Assembly: GCA_030531495.1 (NCBI GenBank)
Contig: JAUNNJ010000001.1
Coordinates: forward strand, 113-64,112
Reading direction: 5' to 3'
Length of the DNA: 64,000 nt
Origin: Bacteroidales bacterium
GTDB taxonomy: Bacteria > Bacteroidota > Bacteroidia > Bacteroidales > Muribaculaceae
The notes under the pieces were generated by a model that was given only the letters and a program-made list of their open reading frames with translations, was not told where the DNA came from and ran no database searches. The position numbers were made by a program, and so were the translations under genes. This document shows, piece by piece, positions 48,095 through 62,186 of the stretch (positions within the stretch are counted from its first letter, which is position 1; every line of letters starts with the position of its first letter).

Positions 48095-49402
48095 ATGCTT
48101 AAAACAAAACCTGATTTAAGTTTTTCGAAACTGTTCAACATCAGTTTCGGTTTCTTTGGGGTGCAAATCGCCTACGCACTTCAGAGCGCTAATATCAGCC
48201 GTATTTTTGCGACTCTTGGAGCCGACCCACACGACTTGAGTTTCTTCTGGATTCTCCCTCCGCTGATGGGTATGCTCGTTCAGCCACTCGTGGGCTATTT
48301 CAGCGACAAGACATGGACCCGTTTCGGTCGCCGTATTCCTTACTTGTTCGTGGGTGCATTCATGGCAGTGCTCGTGATGTGCTTGCTTCCTAATGCCGGC
48401 TCGTTTGGCTTGGCAGTGAGTGGCGCCATGGTGTTTGGCCTTATCGCGCTCATGTTCCTCGACACCAGTATCAACATGGCCATGCAGCCATTTAAGATGA
48501 TGGTGGGCGACCTCGTGAACGAAAAGCAGAAAACCAAAGCCTACAGTATCCAGTCGTTCCTTTGCAATGCTGGCTCGATTGTGGGTTATGTGTTCCCATT
48601 GCTGTTCACCGCAATTGGTATTCAAAACATTGCTCCAAAAGGCCAAGTGCCCGATTCTGTAATCTGGTCGTTCTATATTGGTGCTGCCATCCTCATTCTC
48701 TGTGTAGTCTACACGATGGTGAATGTGCGTGAAATGCCACCTGAAGAATTTGCCCAATATCAAATCAAGGAAGAAGATGCCGAAACTGGCAAAGCAAAGG
48801 CCAAAGAACCAGAAGGTGCTTGGGCAGTGTTCTTCCAAGTGGGTATCGTTCAATTCTTCTGCTGGGCTGCATTCCTTTATATGTGGACTTATACCAATGG
48901 CTCGATTGCCGAGACCGTTTGGAATACCAAGGACACTGCAAGCGAAGCATATCAAGCTGCAGGCAACTGGGTAGGCGTTATCTTCGCTGTTCAGGCTGTG
49001 GGTAGTGTGATTTGGGCAGTGGTGCTTCCACAGTTCAAGAGCACAAAATTGGCCTATGCACTCAGTTTGGTGATTGGTGCTGTGGGCTTCGCGCTCGTTC
49101 CATTCTGCACCAACCAGTATATGCTCTTCGTGCCTTACTTCCTTATCGGTTGTGCTTGGGCTGCAATGCTCGCAATGCCATTCACATTCGTGACCAACGC
49201 ATTCGAAGGCAGTTCACGCATGGGTACCGTGCTTGGTTTGTTCAACTGCACCATTTGCTTGCCACAAATCGTGGCTGCGGCTACCGGTGGTGTGGTAATG
49301 CACCTCGTGGGCAGCTCACAACCAAATATGCTCATCCTCGCTGGCGCATACCTCGTGATTGCTGCCGCTTGTGTATTTGTTATCAAGACCAAGAAGGCAT
49401 AA
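48095..49402 (+). CDS. SLC45/MalT-like MFS sugar (maltose) transporter
   Basis: NISFGFFGVQ, GRRIPY, DTSINMAMQPF, GLFNCTICLPQI; starch-cluster context. Confidence 0.85.
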   Translation: MLKTKPDLSFSKLFNISFGFFGVQIAYALQSANISRIFATLGADPHDLSFFWILPPLMGMLVQPLVGYFSDKTWTRFGRRIPYLFVGAFMAVLVMCLLPNAGSFGLAVSGAMVFGLIALMFLDTSINMAMQPFKMMVGDLVNEKQKTKAYSIQSFLCNAGSIVGYVFPLLFTAIGIQNIAPKGQVPDSVIWSFYIGAAILILCVVYTMVNVREMPPEEFAQYQIKEEDAETGKAKAKEPEGAWAVFFQVGIVQFFCWAAFLYMWTYTNGSIAETVWNTKDTASEAYQAAGNWVGVIFAVQAVGSVIWAVVLPQFKSTKLAYALSLVIGAVGFALVPFCTNQYMLFVPYFLIGCAWAAMLAMPFTFVTNAFEGSSRMGTVLGLFNCTICLPQIVAAATGGVVMHLVGSSQPNMLILAGAYLVIAAACVFVIKTKKA

Positions 49403-49453
49403 GCGTAGAGGGATTGCGTATGCGATAACAAGCCAAAGGGCTTCAATAAAATT

Positions 49454-49502
49454 TGCCACCGCCATTTCTATAAGTGCGATAGAGATGGCGGTGGCAGTTT
49501 TT
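49454..49502 (+). terminator. 18-bp stem terminator between convergent genes
   Basis: TGCCACCGCCATTTCTAT-N7-ATAGAGATGGCGGTGGCA-GTTTTT. Confidence 0.85.
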
Positions 49503-49520
49503 GTGTTGATAAATATTGGG

Positions 49521-50651
49521 CTATCCCTGTTTAAGCCAGAGTCCTAAGAAACGATCATACACTTCGTATTTTCCATTACGATCGATAAGTAATTCTTTTT
49601 CAACAAGGACTTTCGAACTTTGCTGAATGGTGCTAATGGCTCCAAGACTGTGCTTTGAGGCAAATGTCTTACCCATGATTTCTTCTGCCACACCTTCTTT
49701 GGCAATGGCCTTCAGCAGCTTTCTTTGTGCGGGGGTGATGAGACGCATGAAAGTTTGGTATGTGGCTTCGTTTTCTGCAATCACTTTGTCGATAGTCGTG
49801 TCAATGGCTACTGTTGTGATGTCTTTTTGCGATGCTTCGTATAATCGGTTGAGAATCATTTGTATATACCAAGTGTGCCCAAAGAGGGTGTCATATAAAT
49901 GCTTAAACACCTCCTTGCTAATGGTTTGGCCGTTTGCTTTCATTTTCGCATGCGCAAATTCGTGGTATGCATCCATGTTGATGCACCCGAGATTCATGAT
50001 TTGTGTGCTCTGGAAAAATGGGCGATTTGCTGAAACAAACATGTTTTCAAGCACATGGCGTTGACTGCCGGAGAAAACGAAATGCACATTGTTGAGGTGC
50101 TGAATATGTGCACGAAGCAGAGCCTCCACTTGTTTGTCGGCGTAACTGTCGACCACTTGGAATTCGTCAAATGCCACATAGCAGTTTTTTCCAGACGCTT
50201 CCATGTAGGCGAATATTTCAGACAGCGATTTCTCGGCATAATTAGGTTGTACGTCAAGCATCACATTTGGCTCACCTGTTAAGGCGTCGAAACTAAATAC
50301 AGGTCGTAATGATACAAAGAATTTACTGATTTGCTTGATGATTTTTTTCTCCGTAGTGTCTAATGTTCCAAGTACCGCTTCACCTAATTTCTTCACAAGA
50401 CTGGCTAAATCGGTGGTTTGGTACAGGTCCACATAATAGCAGTTCCCTTCTTTTTTGTTAGCAATCTCGCAAAATGCGTGTCGTAGAAGCCCGGTTTTTC
50501 CCATGCGTCGTGGACTGATAAGGGTTATGTTTCTCCCGTTTTTAAGTGCGGAAATAAGTTCTTTCGTTTCTTCTTTGCGGTCACAAAAGAATTCTGCCGA
50601 CATATAGCCTGATAGCAGAAACGGGTTGATTGGCTGTTTGTTTCGTCTCAT
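49521..50651 (-). CDS. ATPase_2 (archaeal-type) P-loop ATPase with probable C-terminal winged helix
   Basis: NPF...FCDRKEE, SPRRMGKT, FDEFQ, FSGS, GHTWYIQ, YEVYDRFL. Confidence 0.85.
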   Translation of the reverse strand: MRRNKQPINPFLLSGYMSAEFFCDRKEETKELISALKNGRNITLISPRRMGKTGLLRHAFCEIANKKEGNCYYVDLYQTTDLASLVKKLGEAVLGTLDTTEKKIIKQISKFFVSLRPVFSFDALTGEPNVMLDVQPNYAEKSLSEIFAYMEASGKNCYVAFDEFQVVDSYADKQVEALLRAHIQHLNNVHFVFSGSQRHVLENMFVSANRPFFQSTQIMNLGCINMDAYHEFAHAKMKANGQTISKEVFKHLYDTLFGHTWYIQMILNRLYEASQKDITTVAIDTTIDKVIAENEATYQTFMRLITPAQRKLLKAIAKEGVAEEIMGKTFASKHSLGAISTIQQSSKVLVEKELLIDRNGKYEVYDRFLGLWLKQG

Positions 50652-50668
50652 GAGCGGATGTTTTGTAT

Positions 50669-50711
50669 TACATATTTTACGTTACGTAAATTGTGCTACA
50701 TATTTTACGTA
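50669..50711. repeat. 14-bp-periodic quasi-palindromic array in the ATPase leader
   Basis: TACATATTTTACGT/TACGTAAATTGTGC/TACATATTTTACGT. Confidence 0.75.
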
Positions 50712-50858
50712 GTGGCAAAATTAGCATAATATTTTTGAACAGACAAAAAATTTCGTTTTTTTTTAGATGTTGGATGTATAGTAACTCGTAATAAATCGAG
50801 TTAAAAGAGGATAGCTTTGTTCCAATTTTAGATAATTTATTGGTGAGAGGTGCGGTGG

Positions 50859-50872
50859 TGCAAACGATTGCA
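50859..50872. promoter_or_regulatory. LacI-type operator upstream of malQ
   Basis: TGCAAACGATTGCA. Confidence 0.65.
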
Positions 50873-50992
50873 TAAATATTTCATTATAAATAATGTGGAA
50901 GGGTGGGCGAAAGGTTGCGAATTTAGTAACTTTACGGATATAAAGCTATTTTACAAAACTATACTTTGAATTAATTCAAAACAAGATATAAA

Positions 50993-55845
<4,853 letters not shown>

Positions 55846-55862
55846 TAAGTAAATAATTAATT

Positions 55863-55897
55863 ATGGGCGAATTCGGCATCATGCACGGTTCGCCCAT
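55863..55897 (+). other. Intercistronic stem-loop without U-tail (possible mRNA stability element)
   Basis: ATGGGCGAA...TTCGCCCAT between GH97 and pullulanase. Confidence 0.5.
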
Positions 55898-55913
55898 TCT
55901 TATAAATACAAAT

Positions 55914-57818
55914 ATGAGAAGATATCTTATCTTAACATTTATGGCTGTAATGGTAGCACTTGGAATGAGTGCTGAGAAATACAATGAAATGACCTACACC
56001 AAGCGCAGCACCACATTCACCCTTGTGGCTGAGAAAGCGCAGGCTGTGCAACTCAACATCTATGCCGAAGGCACTGGTGGCAAGGCTATCAAGACTGTGG
56101 CCATGCAGAAAGGCGCGAAGGGCACTTGGAAAGCAGTGGTGAAAGGCGACTTGAAGGGCCGTTTCTACACCTTCAATGTGAAGCAAGGCGGCAAGATGCT
56201 GGGCGAAACCCCAGGACTTTTTGCCAAGGCTGTGGGTGTGAACGGGAAGCGTGGTGCCGTGATTGATATGGCTGCCACCAACCCTGCTGGCTGGGACAAA
56301 GACAAGGCGCTCGGCTATGCTCCGCAAGACATTATCGTGTATGAATCGCACAACCGCGATTTTTCTGTAAGTCGCAGTGACGCACGCTATCCTGGCAAGT
56401 TTTTGGCGCTCACCGAGCCTTGGGCCATCGAGCACTTGAAGAGCCTTGGTGTGACTGCTATCCACTTGCTTCCTTCGTTCGACTATGCTTCGGTGGACGA
56501 AGAGCACCTCGAACGCCCACAATTCAACTGGGGCTACGACCCATTGAACTACAATGTGCCAGAAGGTTCTTATGCTACCGACCCATATAAGCCTGAAGTG
56601 CGTGTGAACGAATTCAAGCAGATGGTGAAGGCGCTCCACGATGCCGGCATAGCTGTGATTCTGGATGTGGTATATAACCACACCATGGATATTCCTAACA
56701 GTAACTTCCAGCGCACCAATCCAGATGCCTTCTATCGTAAGAGTGCCGATGGGAAATACAGCGACGGCTCGGGCTGTAACAACGAAACCGCCAGCGAGCA
56801 TCCATTGATGCGCCAATATATGATTGAAAGTTTCAATTATTGGGCAAAGGAATACCATCTCGACGGTTTCCGCGTCGACTTGATGGGTATTCACGACATC
56901 GAAACGATGAACCTTATCCGCAAGTCGCTTCCTAAAAACGTGTTTATCTATGGCGAAGGCTGGAGTGCAGGCACTTGCGCTTATCCTGTGGAAAAATTGG
57001 CGATGAAGGCCAATACCTATCAGATGCCGGGCATTGCAGCCTTCTGCGACGATATGCGCGACGCTATCCGCGGTCCTTTTAGCGACGACCACCAGAGCGC
57101 TTTCCTCGCTGCTTTGCCAGGTCATCAGGAAAGCATCAAGGCTGGTATTGTGGGTTGCATCGAGCACCCTCAAGTGGATTACAGCAAGGTGAACTATAGC
57201 AAGAAGCCTTGGGCTGGCGAACCTACCCAAATGATGGCTTATGTGAGCTGCCACGACGATATGTGCTTGGTCGACCGCTTGAAGACCAGTATCCCTGGCA
57301 TCAAGACCGACGAACTGATTCGCCTCGACTTGCTCGCTCAAACAGCAGTGTTCACTTCGCAAGGCGTGCCATTCATGCTCAGTGGCGAAGAAATGCTTCG
57401 CGACAAAAAGGGTGTGCACAATAGTTACAATTCTCCTGACAGCATCAACCAACTTCCTTGGGACAACATGAAGAAGTACCCTCAAGTGTTTGCTTACTAT
57501 CAGGGTATGATTGCTTTGCGTAAGGCTCACCCAGCATTCCGCTTGGGCAATGCCGAACTCGTGCGCAAGCATGTGGAATTCCTCCCAGTTGGAGAGGGCC
57601 TCGTGGCATTCCGCCTGAAGGACAATGCCGGTGGCGACGTTTGGAAGGATATCGTTGTAGTGCTCAATGCCAACAAATATGCTGCTTTTGTCGATGTGCC
57701 AGAAGACACCTACACCTCTGTTGTGGCTGGTGGCAAGGTGAATCTTGAAGGTTTGCGCACGACCACCACTTCACGCCTTGAAGTGCCAGCACAAAGCGCT
57801 CTCATTGTTCACAATTAA
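55914..57818 (+). CDS. pulA: Type I pullulanase (GH13)
   Basis: NWGYDP, DVVYNH, DGFRVDLMG, YGEGW, YVSCHD; signal peptide from MRRYLIL. Confidence 0.93.
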   Translation: MRRYLILTFMAVMVALGMSAEKYNEMTYTKRSTTFTLVAEKAQAVQLNIYAEGTGGKAIKTVAMQKGAKGTWKAVVKGDLKGRFYTFNVKQGGKMLGETPGLFAKAVGVNGKRGAVIDMAATNPAGWDKDKALGYAPQDIIVYESHNRDFSVSRSDARYPGKFLALTEPWAIEHLKSLGVTAIHLLPSFDYASVDEEHLERPQFNWGYDPLNYNVPEGSYATDPYKPEVRVNEFKQMVKALHDAGIAVILDVVYNHTMDIPNSNFQRTNPDAFYRKSADGKYSDGSGCNNETASEHPLMRQYMIESFNYWAKEYHLDGFRVDLMGIHDIETMNLIRKSLPKNVFIYGEGWSAGTCAYPVEKLAMKANTYQMPGIAAFCDDMRDAIRGPFSDDHQSAFLAALPGHQESIKAGIVGCIEHPQVDYSKVNYSKKPWAGEPTQMMAYVSCHDDMCLVDRLKTSIPGIKTDELIRLDLLAQTAVFTSQGVPFMLSGEEMLRDKKGVHNSYNSPDSINQLPWDNMKKYPQVFAYYQGMIALRKAHPAFRLGNAELVRKHVEFLPVGEGLVAFRLKDNAGGDVWKDIVVVLNANKYAAFVDVPEDTYTSVVAGGKVNLEGLRTTTTSRLEVPAQSALIVHN

Positions 57819-57829
57819 TCCGATTCTAT

Positions 57830-59674
57830 ATGAAACTTAAATTTTTAGCAATTTCACTTCTTGCAGCGCTCGCTTCACAGGCGGCTGTGAATATCGACCG
57901 CGTGGAGCCCGCCAACTGGTATGCTGGCATGAAGAATCCATCGCTCCAGTTGATGGTGTATGGCAAGGATATCAAGCAGGCAAATGTCACCACCGACTAT
58001 GCCGGCGTGAAGGTGGACAGCATTGTGCGCCTCGACAGTCCCGACTATTTGCTCGTGTACTTGAATCTTCAGGGTGCTCAATCAGGCACCATGAAACTCA
58101 ATTTTGAGCAAGGCGGCAAGAAAAAGGCTGTGAATTATGTGATTAAGAAGCGCGATATGGCAGGCGAGGCACGCTGTGGCTTCACCAATGCCGATGTGCT
58201 CTATATGCTCATGCCCGACCGTTTTGCCGACGGCAATGTAGCTAACAATGTGGTGAAGGGGATGCTTGACCAGCAATGCGACCGCAATCAGCCTTCGCTT
58301 CGCCATGGTGGCGACTTGGAGGGCATTCGTCAACACCTCGACTATTTCAACGAATTGGGTGTGACAGCGCTCTGGTTTACCCCTGTGCTCGAAAACGATA
58401 TGCCAAGCGGCCATGGCCACAGTTGCTATCATGGCTATGCCACCACCAATTACTACAATGTGGACCCTCGCTTCGGTAGCAATGACGAATACCGCAAATT
58501 GGTGGATGAAGCGCACAGTAAGGGCTTGAAGGTGGTGATGGATATGATTTTCAACCACTGTGGTTCAAGCCATCCCTGGCAAATCAATGCGCCTTCAAAG
58601 GATTGGTTCAACCAGCCCGACTATGGTATGCAGACCAGCTACAAGCTCACCCCATGTGTCGACCCTTACGCCAGCGAAGTGGATAAGCGCGAAACCGTGG
58701 AAGGATGGTTTGTGCGCTCTATGCCCGACCTTAACCAGAACAACCCTCATGTGATGACCTATCTCATCCAAAACAGCATTTGGTGGGTGGAGACTGTGGG
58801 TATCGATGGCATTCGCATGGACACCTATCCTTACGCCTACGCAGCCCCTATGGCTCGATGGATGAAGGAACTGAACGACGAATATCCCAACTTCAACACC
58901 GTGGGCGAAACTTGGGTTACCCAGCCTGCCTACACCGCTGCTTGGCAAAAGGATTCAAAACTTGCTCAAGCCAACAGCAACTTGAAGACGGTGATGGATT
59001 TCGCTTTCTTTGAGGCAATGGATTCATGCAAGCGCGAAACCACCGACGACTGGTGGAAGGGCTTCAATCGCATCTACAATTCGTTGGTTTACGATTACCT
59101 CTACACCGATGTGAGCCATGTGATGGCATTCCTCGAAAACCACGACACCGACCGCTTCTTGGGCGAGGGGAAGGATGTGGACCGCTTGAAACAGGGTCTG
59201 GCGCTTCTGCTCACCATCAAGCGCATACCACAGCTCTACTATGGCACCGAAGTGCTGATGAACGGCACCAAGAAGATTACCGATGGTTATGTTCGTAAGG
59301 ACTTTGTGGGCGGCTTCCCAGGCGATGCACGCAGTTGCTTCACTGCCACAGGTCGCACTGCTGAGGAAAACGAGATGTTCACTTGGCTCAGCAACTTGCT
59401 CCACTGGCGCAAAGGCAACGATGTGATAGTGAAGGGCGGCATGACGCAATTCATCCCTTACAAGGGCGTGTATGTGATTGCGCGCCGCTATGAAGGCAAG
59501 ACTGTGATGCTCCTGCTCAATGGCCTCGACAAGGGTGCTGTGGTGGAAACCGACCGCTATGCAGAGGTGATTGGCAAGAACACCTTGGCTCACGATGTGC
59601 TTTCAGGTCAGGAAATCAACCTTACCCGCACCATCCCGATGCCTGCTCACGGCACCATGCTCATCGAATTCTAA
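57830..59674 (+). CDS. susA: SusA-like neopullulanase/cyclomaltodextrinase (GH13)
   Basis: RVEPANWY, MPDRFADG, RHGGDLEG, DGIRMDT, VGETW, FLENHD. Confidence 0.88.
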   Translation: MKLKFLAISLLAALASQAAVNIDRVEPANWYAGMKNPSLQLMVYGKDIKQANVTTDYAGVKVDSIVRLDSPDYLLVYLNLQGAQSGTMKLNFEQGGKKKAVNYVIKKRDMAGEARCGFTNADVLYMLMPDRFADGNVANNVVKGMLDQQCDRNQPSLRHGGDLEGIRQHLDYFNELGVTALWFTPVLENDMPSGHGHSCYHGYATTNYYNVDPRFGSNDEYRKLVDEAHSKGLKVVMDMIFNHCGSSHPWQINAPSKDWFNQPDYGMQTSYKLTPCVDPYASEVDKRETVEGWFVRSMPDLNQNNPHVMTYLIQNSIWWVETVGIDGIRMDTYPYAYAAPMARWMKELNDEYPNFNTVGETWVTQPAYTAAWQKDSKLAQANSNLKTVMDFAFFEAMDSCKRETTDDWWKGFNRIYNSLVYDYLYTDVSHVMAFLENHDTDRFLGEGKDVDRLKQGLALLLTIKRIPQLYYGTEVLMNGTKKITDGYVRKDFVGGFPGDARSCFTATGRTAEENEMFTWLSNLLHWRKGNDVIVKGGMTQFIPYKGVYVIARRYEGKTVMLLLNGLDKGAVVETDRYAEVIGKNTLAHDVLSGQEINLTRTIPMPAHGTMLIEF

Positions 59675-59702
59675 CAGCGCTCACACACAGCGCTTACATA
59701 CA

Positions 59703-59738
59703 GAACGCACTCCAGAGGTGATTCTCTGGAGTGCGTTC
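59703..59738 (+). terminator. 15-bp perfect hairpin ending the maltodextrin operon
   Basis: GAACGCACTCCAGAG-GTGATT-CTCTGGAGTGCGTTC; weak U-tail. Confidence 0.7.
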
Positions 59739-59751
59739 GTTATTTGGGGCT

Positions 59752-59842
59752 TTGTAGGGACGCTCGGCTCGAGCGTCCGCGTGCGAATTCGCTGTTTGTC
59801 AGTGTGTTGTGTAGTGGACGCTCGAGCCGAGCGTCCCTACAA
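59752..59842. repeat. Inverted pair of GTAG-type REP elements (REPIN-like)
   Basis: TTGTAGGGACGCTCGGCTCGAGCGTCC (59752-59778) and its exact reverse complement (59816-59842). Confidence 0.8.
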
Positions 59843-59849
59843 CAGTGCA

Positions 59850-60362
59850 TCATTCCAGCCTATCTTCTCCGAATCTGTTGGCTGATGCGGCTTTTTTGAT
59901 GGGCATACCTTTGAGGGCGTCCTCTTTGTTGGAGGTGTCAAGTACGGTTTTTGAGAGTACGGCAGGCCACTCCCCATTCCAATGAAACACTCGCCATCCG
60001 TAATCAGCCATCTGGTTGATGACATCGGTCATCGTTTTAAACTTGATAGGGCTGCCGGTCTTGTCAAGCAGCACGAAGTCGCTTTTCGGAGCCTTGTGTG
60101 CTTGCTTTTGCCCCAGGTATTTGCCGTTGTTACTCCAGTTCCCATCCCATGATTGTCCTTTGCTACAGTTGCCATCTCCAAAGTCGAAAATGAGATAATA
60201 TCTGTAGGTAGATTTGTCTGTGCTGCTGTTGTAGCTAACATAGTAATCCCCATCAACATAGATATTGCAGTAATAGGTGTATGATGTTTGTGCATACGTA
60301 CCTATCAGCGACATGATGCACACTGATAAAAAGATTAATCTTTTTTTTATATTCAATTTCAT
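59850..60362 (-). CDS. Hypothetical secreted protein
   Basis: Signal peptide; FDFGD...FKTMTDVINQMADYGW; TATATTTG box on minus strand upstream. Confidence 0.65.
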   Translation of the reverse strand: MKLNIKKRLIFLSVCIMSLIGTYAQTSYTYYCNIYVDGDYYVSYNSSTDKSTYRYYLIFDFGDGNCSKGQSWDGNWSNNGKYLGQKQAHKAPKSDFVLLDKTGSPIKFKTMTDVINQMADYGWRVFHWNGEWPAVLSKTVLDTSNKEDALKGMPIKKAASANRFGEDRLE

Positions 60363-60510
60363 TTGTTAGGGTTATATTTTTTGCAAATATACACCATTTT
60401 CACAACCTCCCCCAATCTTTAGCAAGAAAACACACAATCCCCAGCCCCAAACCGTCAGAGCGGCTTGATGGTCGCATGATTGATTGCTGTTGTGCAAATT
60501 TGTTTTCACA

Positions 60511-60610
60511 ACCGACCCTCTCCGAGGCTCATTTCTTTTGGTGTCATCTTATCACCAAGCTTCGCTTCGCTCGCATGGTGTTTCGCATCATACGCCGTCT
60601 CCGACGGCTC
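60511..60610. repeat. Three-hairpin extragenic element
   Basis: CCCTCTCCGAGGCTC ... CACCAAGC-TTCGCTTCGCTC-GCATGGTG ... GCCGTCTCCGACGGCTC. Confidence 0.5.
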
Positions 60611-60705
60611 CAGCCGCGTCTGGTGCGCCCATCGTGTCACTCCGATGGTGATGTGGTGGCGTGTTACTTTCCCCTATAACCATGATGTTTCGACGTGATT
60701 GGGTT

Positions 60706-60745
60706 AAAAAAAGAATCCCGGGGGGTGATGGCCCTCGGGATTCTT
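60706..60745 (-). terminator. Terminator of the amylase-GH53 operon
   Basis: AAGAATCCCGGGGG...CCCTCGGGATTCTT preceded by an A-run (U-tail on minus). Confidence 0.8.
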
Positions 60746-60864
60746 GACTGCGCAATGTTCGGCACATGAATCACAATAAACTATCGTCGCTAAACTATTT
60801 ATGCATATAGAGAGACGCCGACATTGCTTTTGTGCAGTCGTGTTTTCAGGCTAACTTAACTATA

Positions 60865-62184
60865 TTACTTGAAATTAGACAATTCATATTGTGCTTGCAG
60901 AATCTTGCCTGTGTTGTTGTTGACAAGACTTGCGTTCCACCATCCGTCTGTCACGCGATTGGTGCTCCAATTAAGCCCGTATTCATTCTGCTCAGGCCAC
61001 CACCAGAAGAGTCCTTTCACTTTTTCATGCTTGTTGAGCATGGTCACGAGTTCGGAAGTGTATTTCGCCTGTCCGGCCTCGGTGTAAGGGTAGTTTTTGC
61101 TGATGTTGGCATCCTTAGTGTCGGGCATTTCCCACGCATACGAATATCCCGTTTCCATAATCATGATGTTGTGTTCGGGGATTTGGACTTCCAGTTTCTT
61201 GAGCAGCGTTTCCAATGCCGAAACCACAGTGGCGGAAGTGGCATGGTAGGCTGGGTAGTAGCTGAGGCCCATGATGTCGTAGTCGAGGCTATGGTTGCGT
61301 GCCTGGATGAAGAAATTGGTAGGGTTGTTGGCATTGCCCATTTCCACATGAGCGATGATTCGGGCGTTTGGACACACTTCACGCACTGCGCGAGCGCCGC
61401 TATTGAAGTAGGACGCGAAATTGTTCCATGTGCCAGAACCGTAGTCGGCACCGCTTGGGTAGCAGCGGCCAGAAGGCCAAAGCATGCCGTAGGTGGTTTC
61501 GTTGCCCACTTGCACGAGGTCGGGAGTGGCTCCTGCAGCCACCAATGCCTCAAGCGAAGTCTTGGTGTAGACATACACCGTGTCAGCGAGCACTTCAGGA
61601 GCGAGTGTTGCCCATCGCGATGGAATGGTTTGTTTGCCAGGGTCGGCCCAACTGTCGCTGTAGTGGAAATCGAGGATGAACTTATGGCCGGCATCCTTGA
61701 TTTTCTTGCCGAGGGCAGCCACGAAGGCGATGTCTTGACACACACCGCCGGCCTTGTCGGCAGCGCTTGCCTTGCTTGGGTCGACGAAGAGGCGTACACG
61801 CATTGCATTCATGCCGATTTGCTTGTAGAACCCGAGCATATCGGTGACGCGTGCACCGGTTTTATCGTAGTAGATGGCTCCATTTGCTTCATATTTGCTG
61901 AGCAAAGAGATATCGCCGCCCACCAGTTTCAGATTAGGATCTTCGTAGTTGCCGAGAATGATGTTGATGAGCGTGGTTGCATCAGATACATCGATTTTGC
62001 CATCAGCGTTCACGTCGCATCGCGATGCGACGTAGTCAGCGCTACCGAGAATCTTGTTGATGAGGGCAGTGACATCGCTCACGTCGACAGTGCCATTGGC
62101 GTCGACATCGCCTAAAACGGCTGCACCAGCCTGGGTCGAAAGACCCAGGAGTGCAAACACGAAGATGCTAATTAATTTTTTCAT
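60865..62184 (-). CDS. GH53 endo-beta-1,4-galactanase with N-terminal dockerin-like domain
   Basis: GDVDANGTVDVSD x2; GGDIS, RVRLFVDP, LDFHYSDSWADPGKQ, QVGNE, GLSYYP, METGY. Confidence 0.92.
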   Translation of the reverse strand: MKKLISIFVFALLGLSTQAGAAVLGDVDANGTVDVSDVTALINKILGSADYVASRCDVNADGKIDVSDATTLINIILGNYEDPNLKLVGGDISLLSKYEANGAIYYDKTGARVTDMLGFYKQIGMNAMRVRLFVDPSKASAADKAGGVCQDIAFVAALGKKIKDAGHKFILDFHYSDSWADPGKQTIPSRWATLAPEVLADTVYVYTKTSLEALVAAGATPDLVQVGNETTYGMLWPSGRCYPSGADYGSGTWNNFASYFNSGARAVREVCPNARIIAHVEMGNANNPTNFFIQARNHSLDYDIMGLSYYPAYHATSATVVSALETLLKKLEVQIPEHNIMIMETGYSYAWEMPDTKDANISKNYPYTEAGQAKYTSELVTMLNKHEKVKGLFWWWPEQNEYGLNWSTNRVTDGWWNASLVNNNTGKILQAQYELSNFK

Positions 62185-62186
62185 TT

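Noticed and set aside
49507-50845. GATAAATATTGG vs GATAATTTATTGG as direct repeats flanking the second ATPase
   Set aside because: Gapped, short and AT-rich; not comparable to the 18-bp perfect repeat
55932-57572. 546-aa antisense ORF over pulA (similarly 60832-62115, 31730-32953, 20103-20900 and others)
   Set aside because: Shadows of genes with strong codon bias; His/Val-rich translations with no recognisable motifs
60770-60812. ATAGTTT motifs in the GH53 3'UTR resembling the AAATAGCTT 3' motif
   Set aside because: Similarity is too short and the terminator is unrelated
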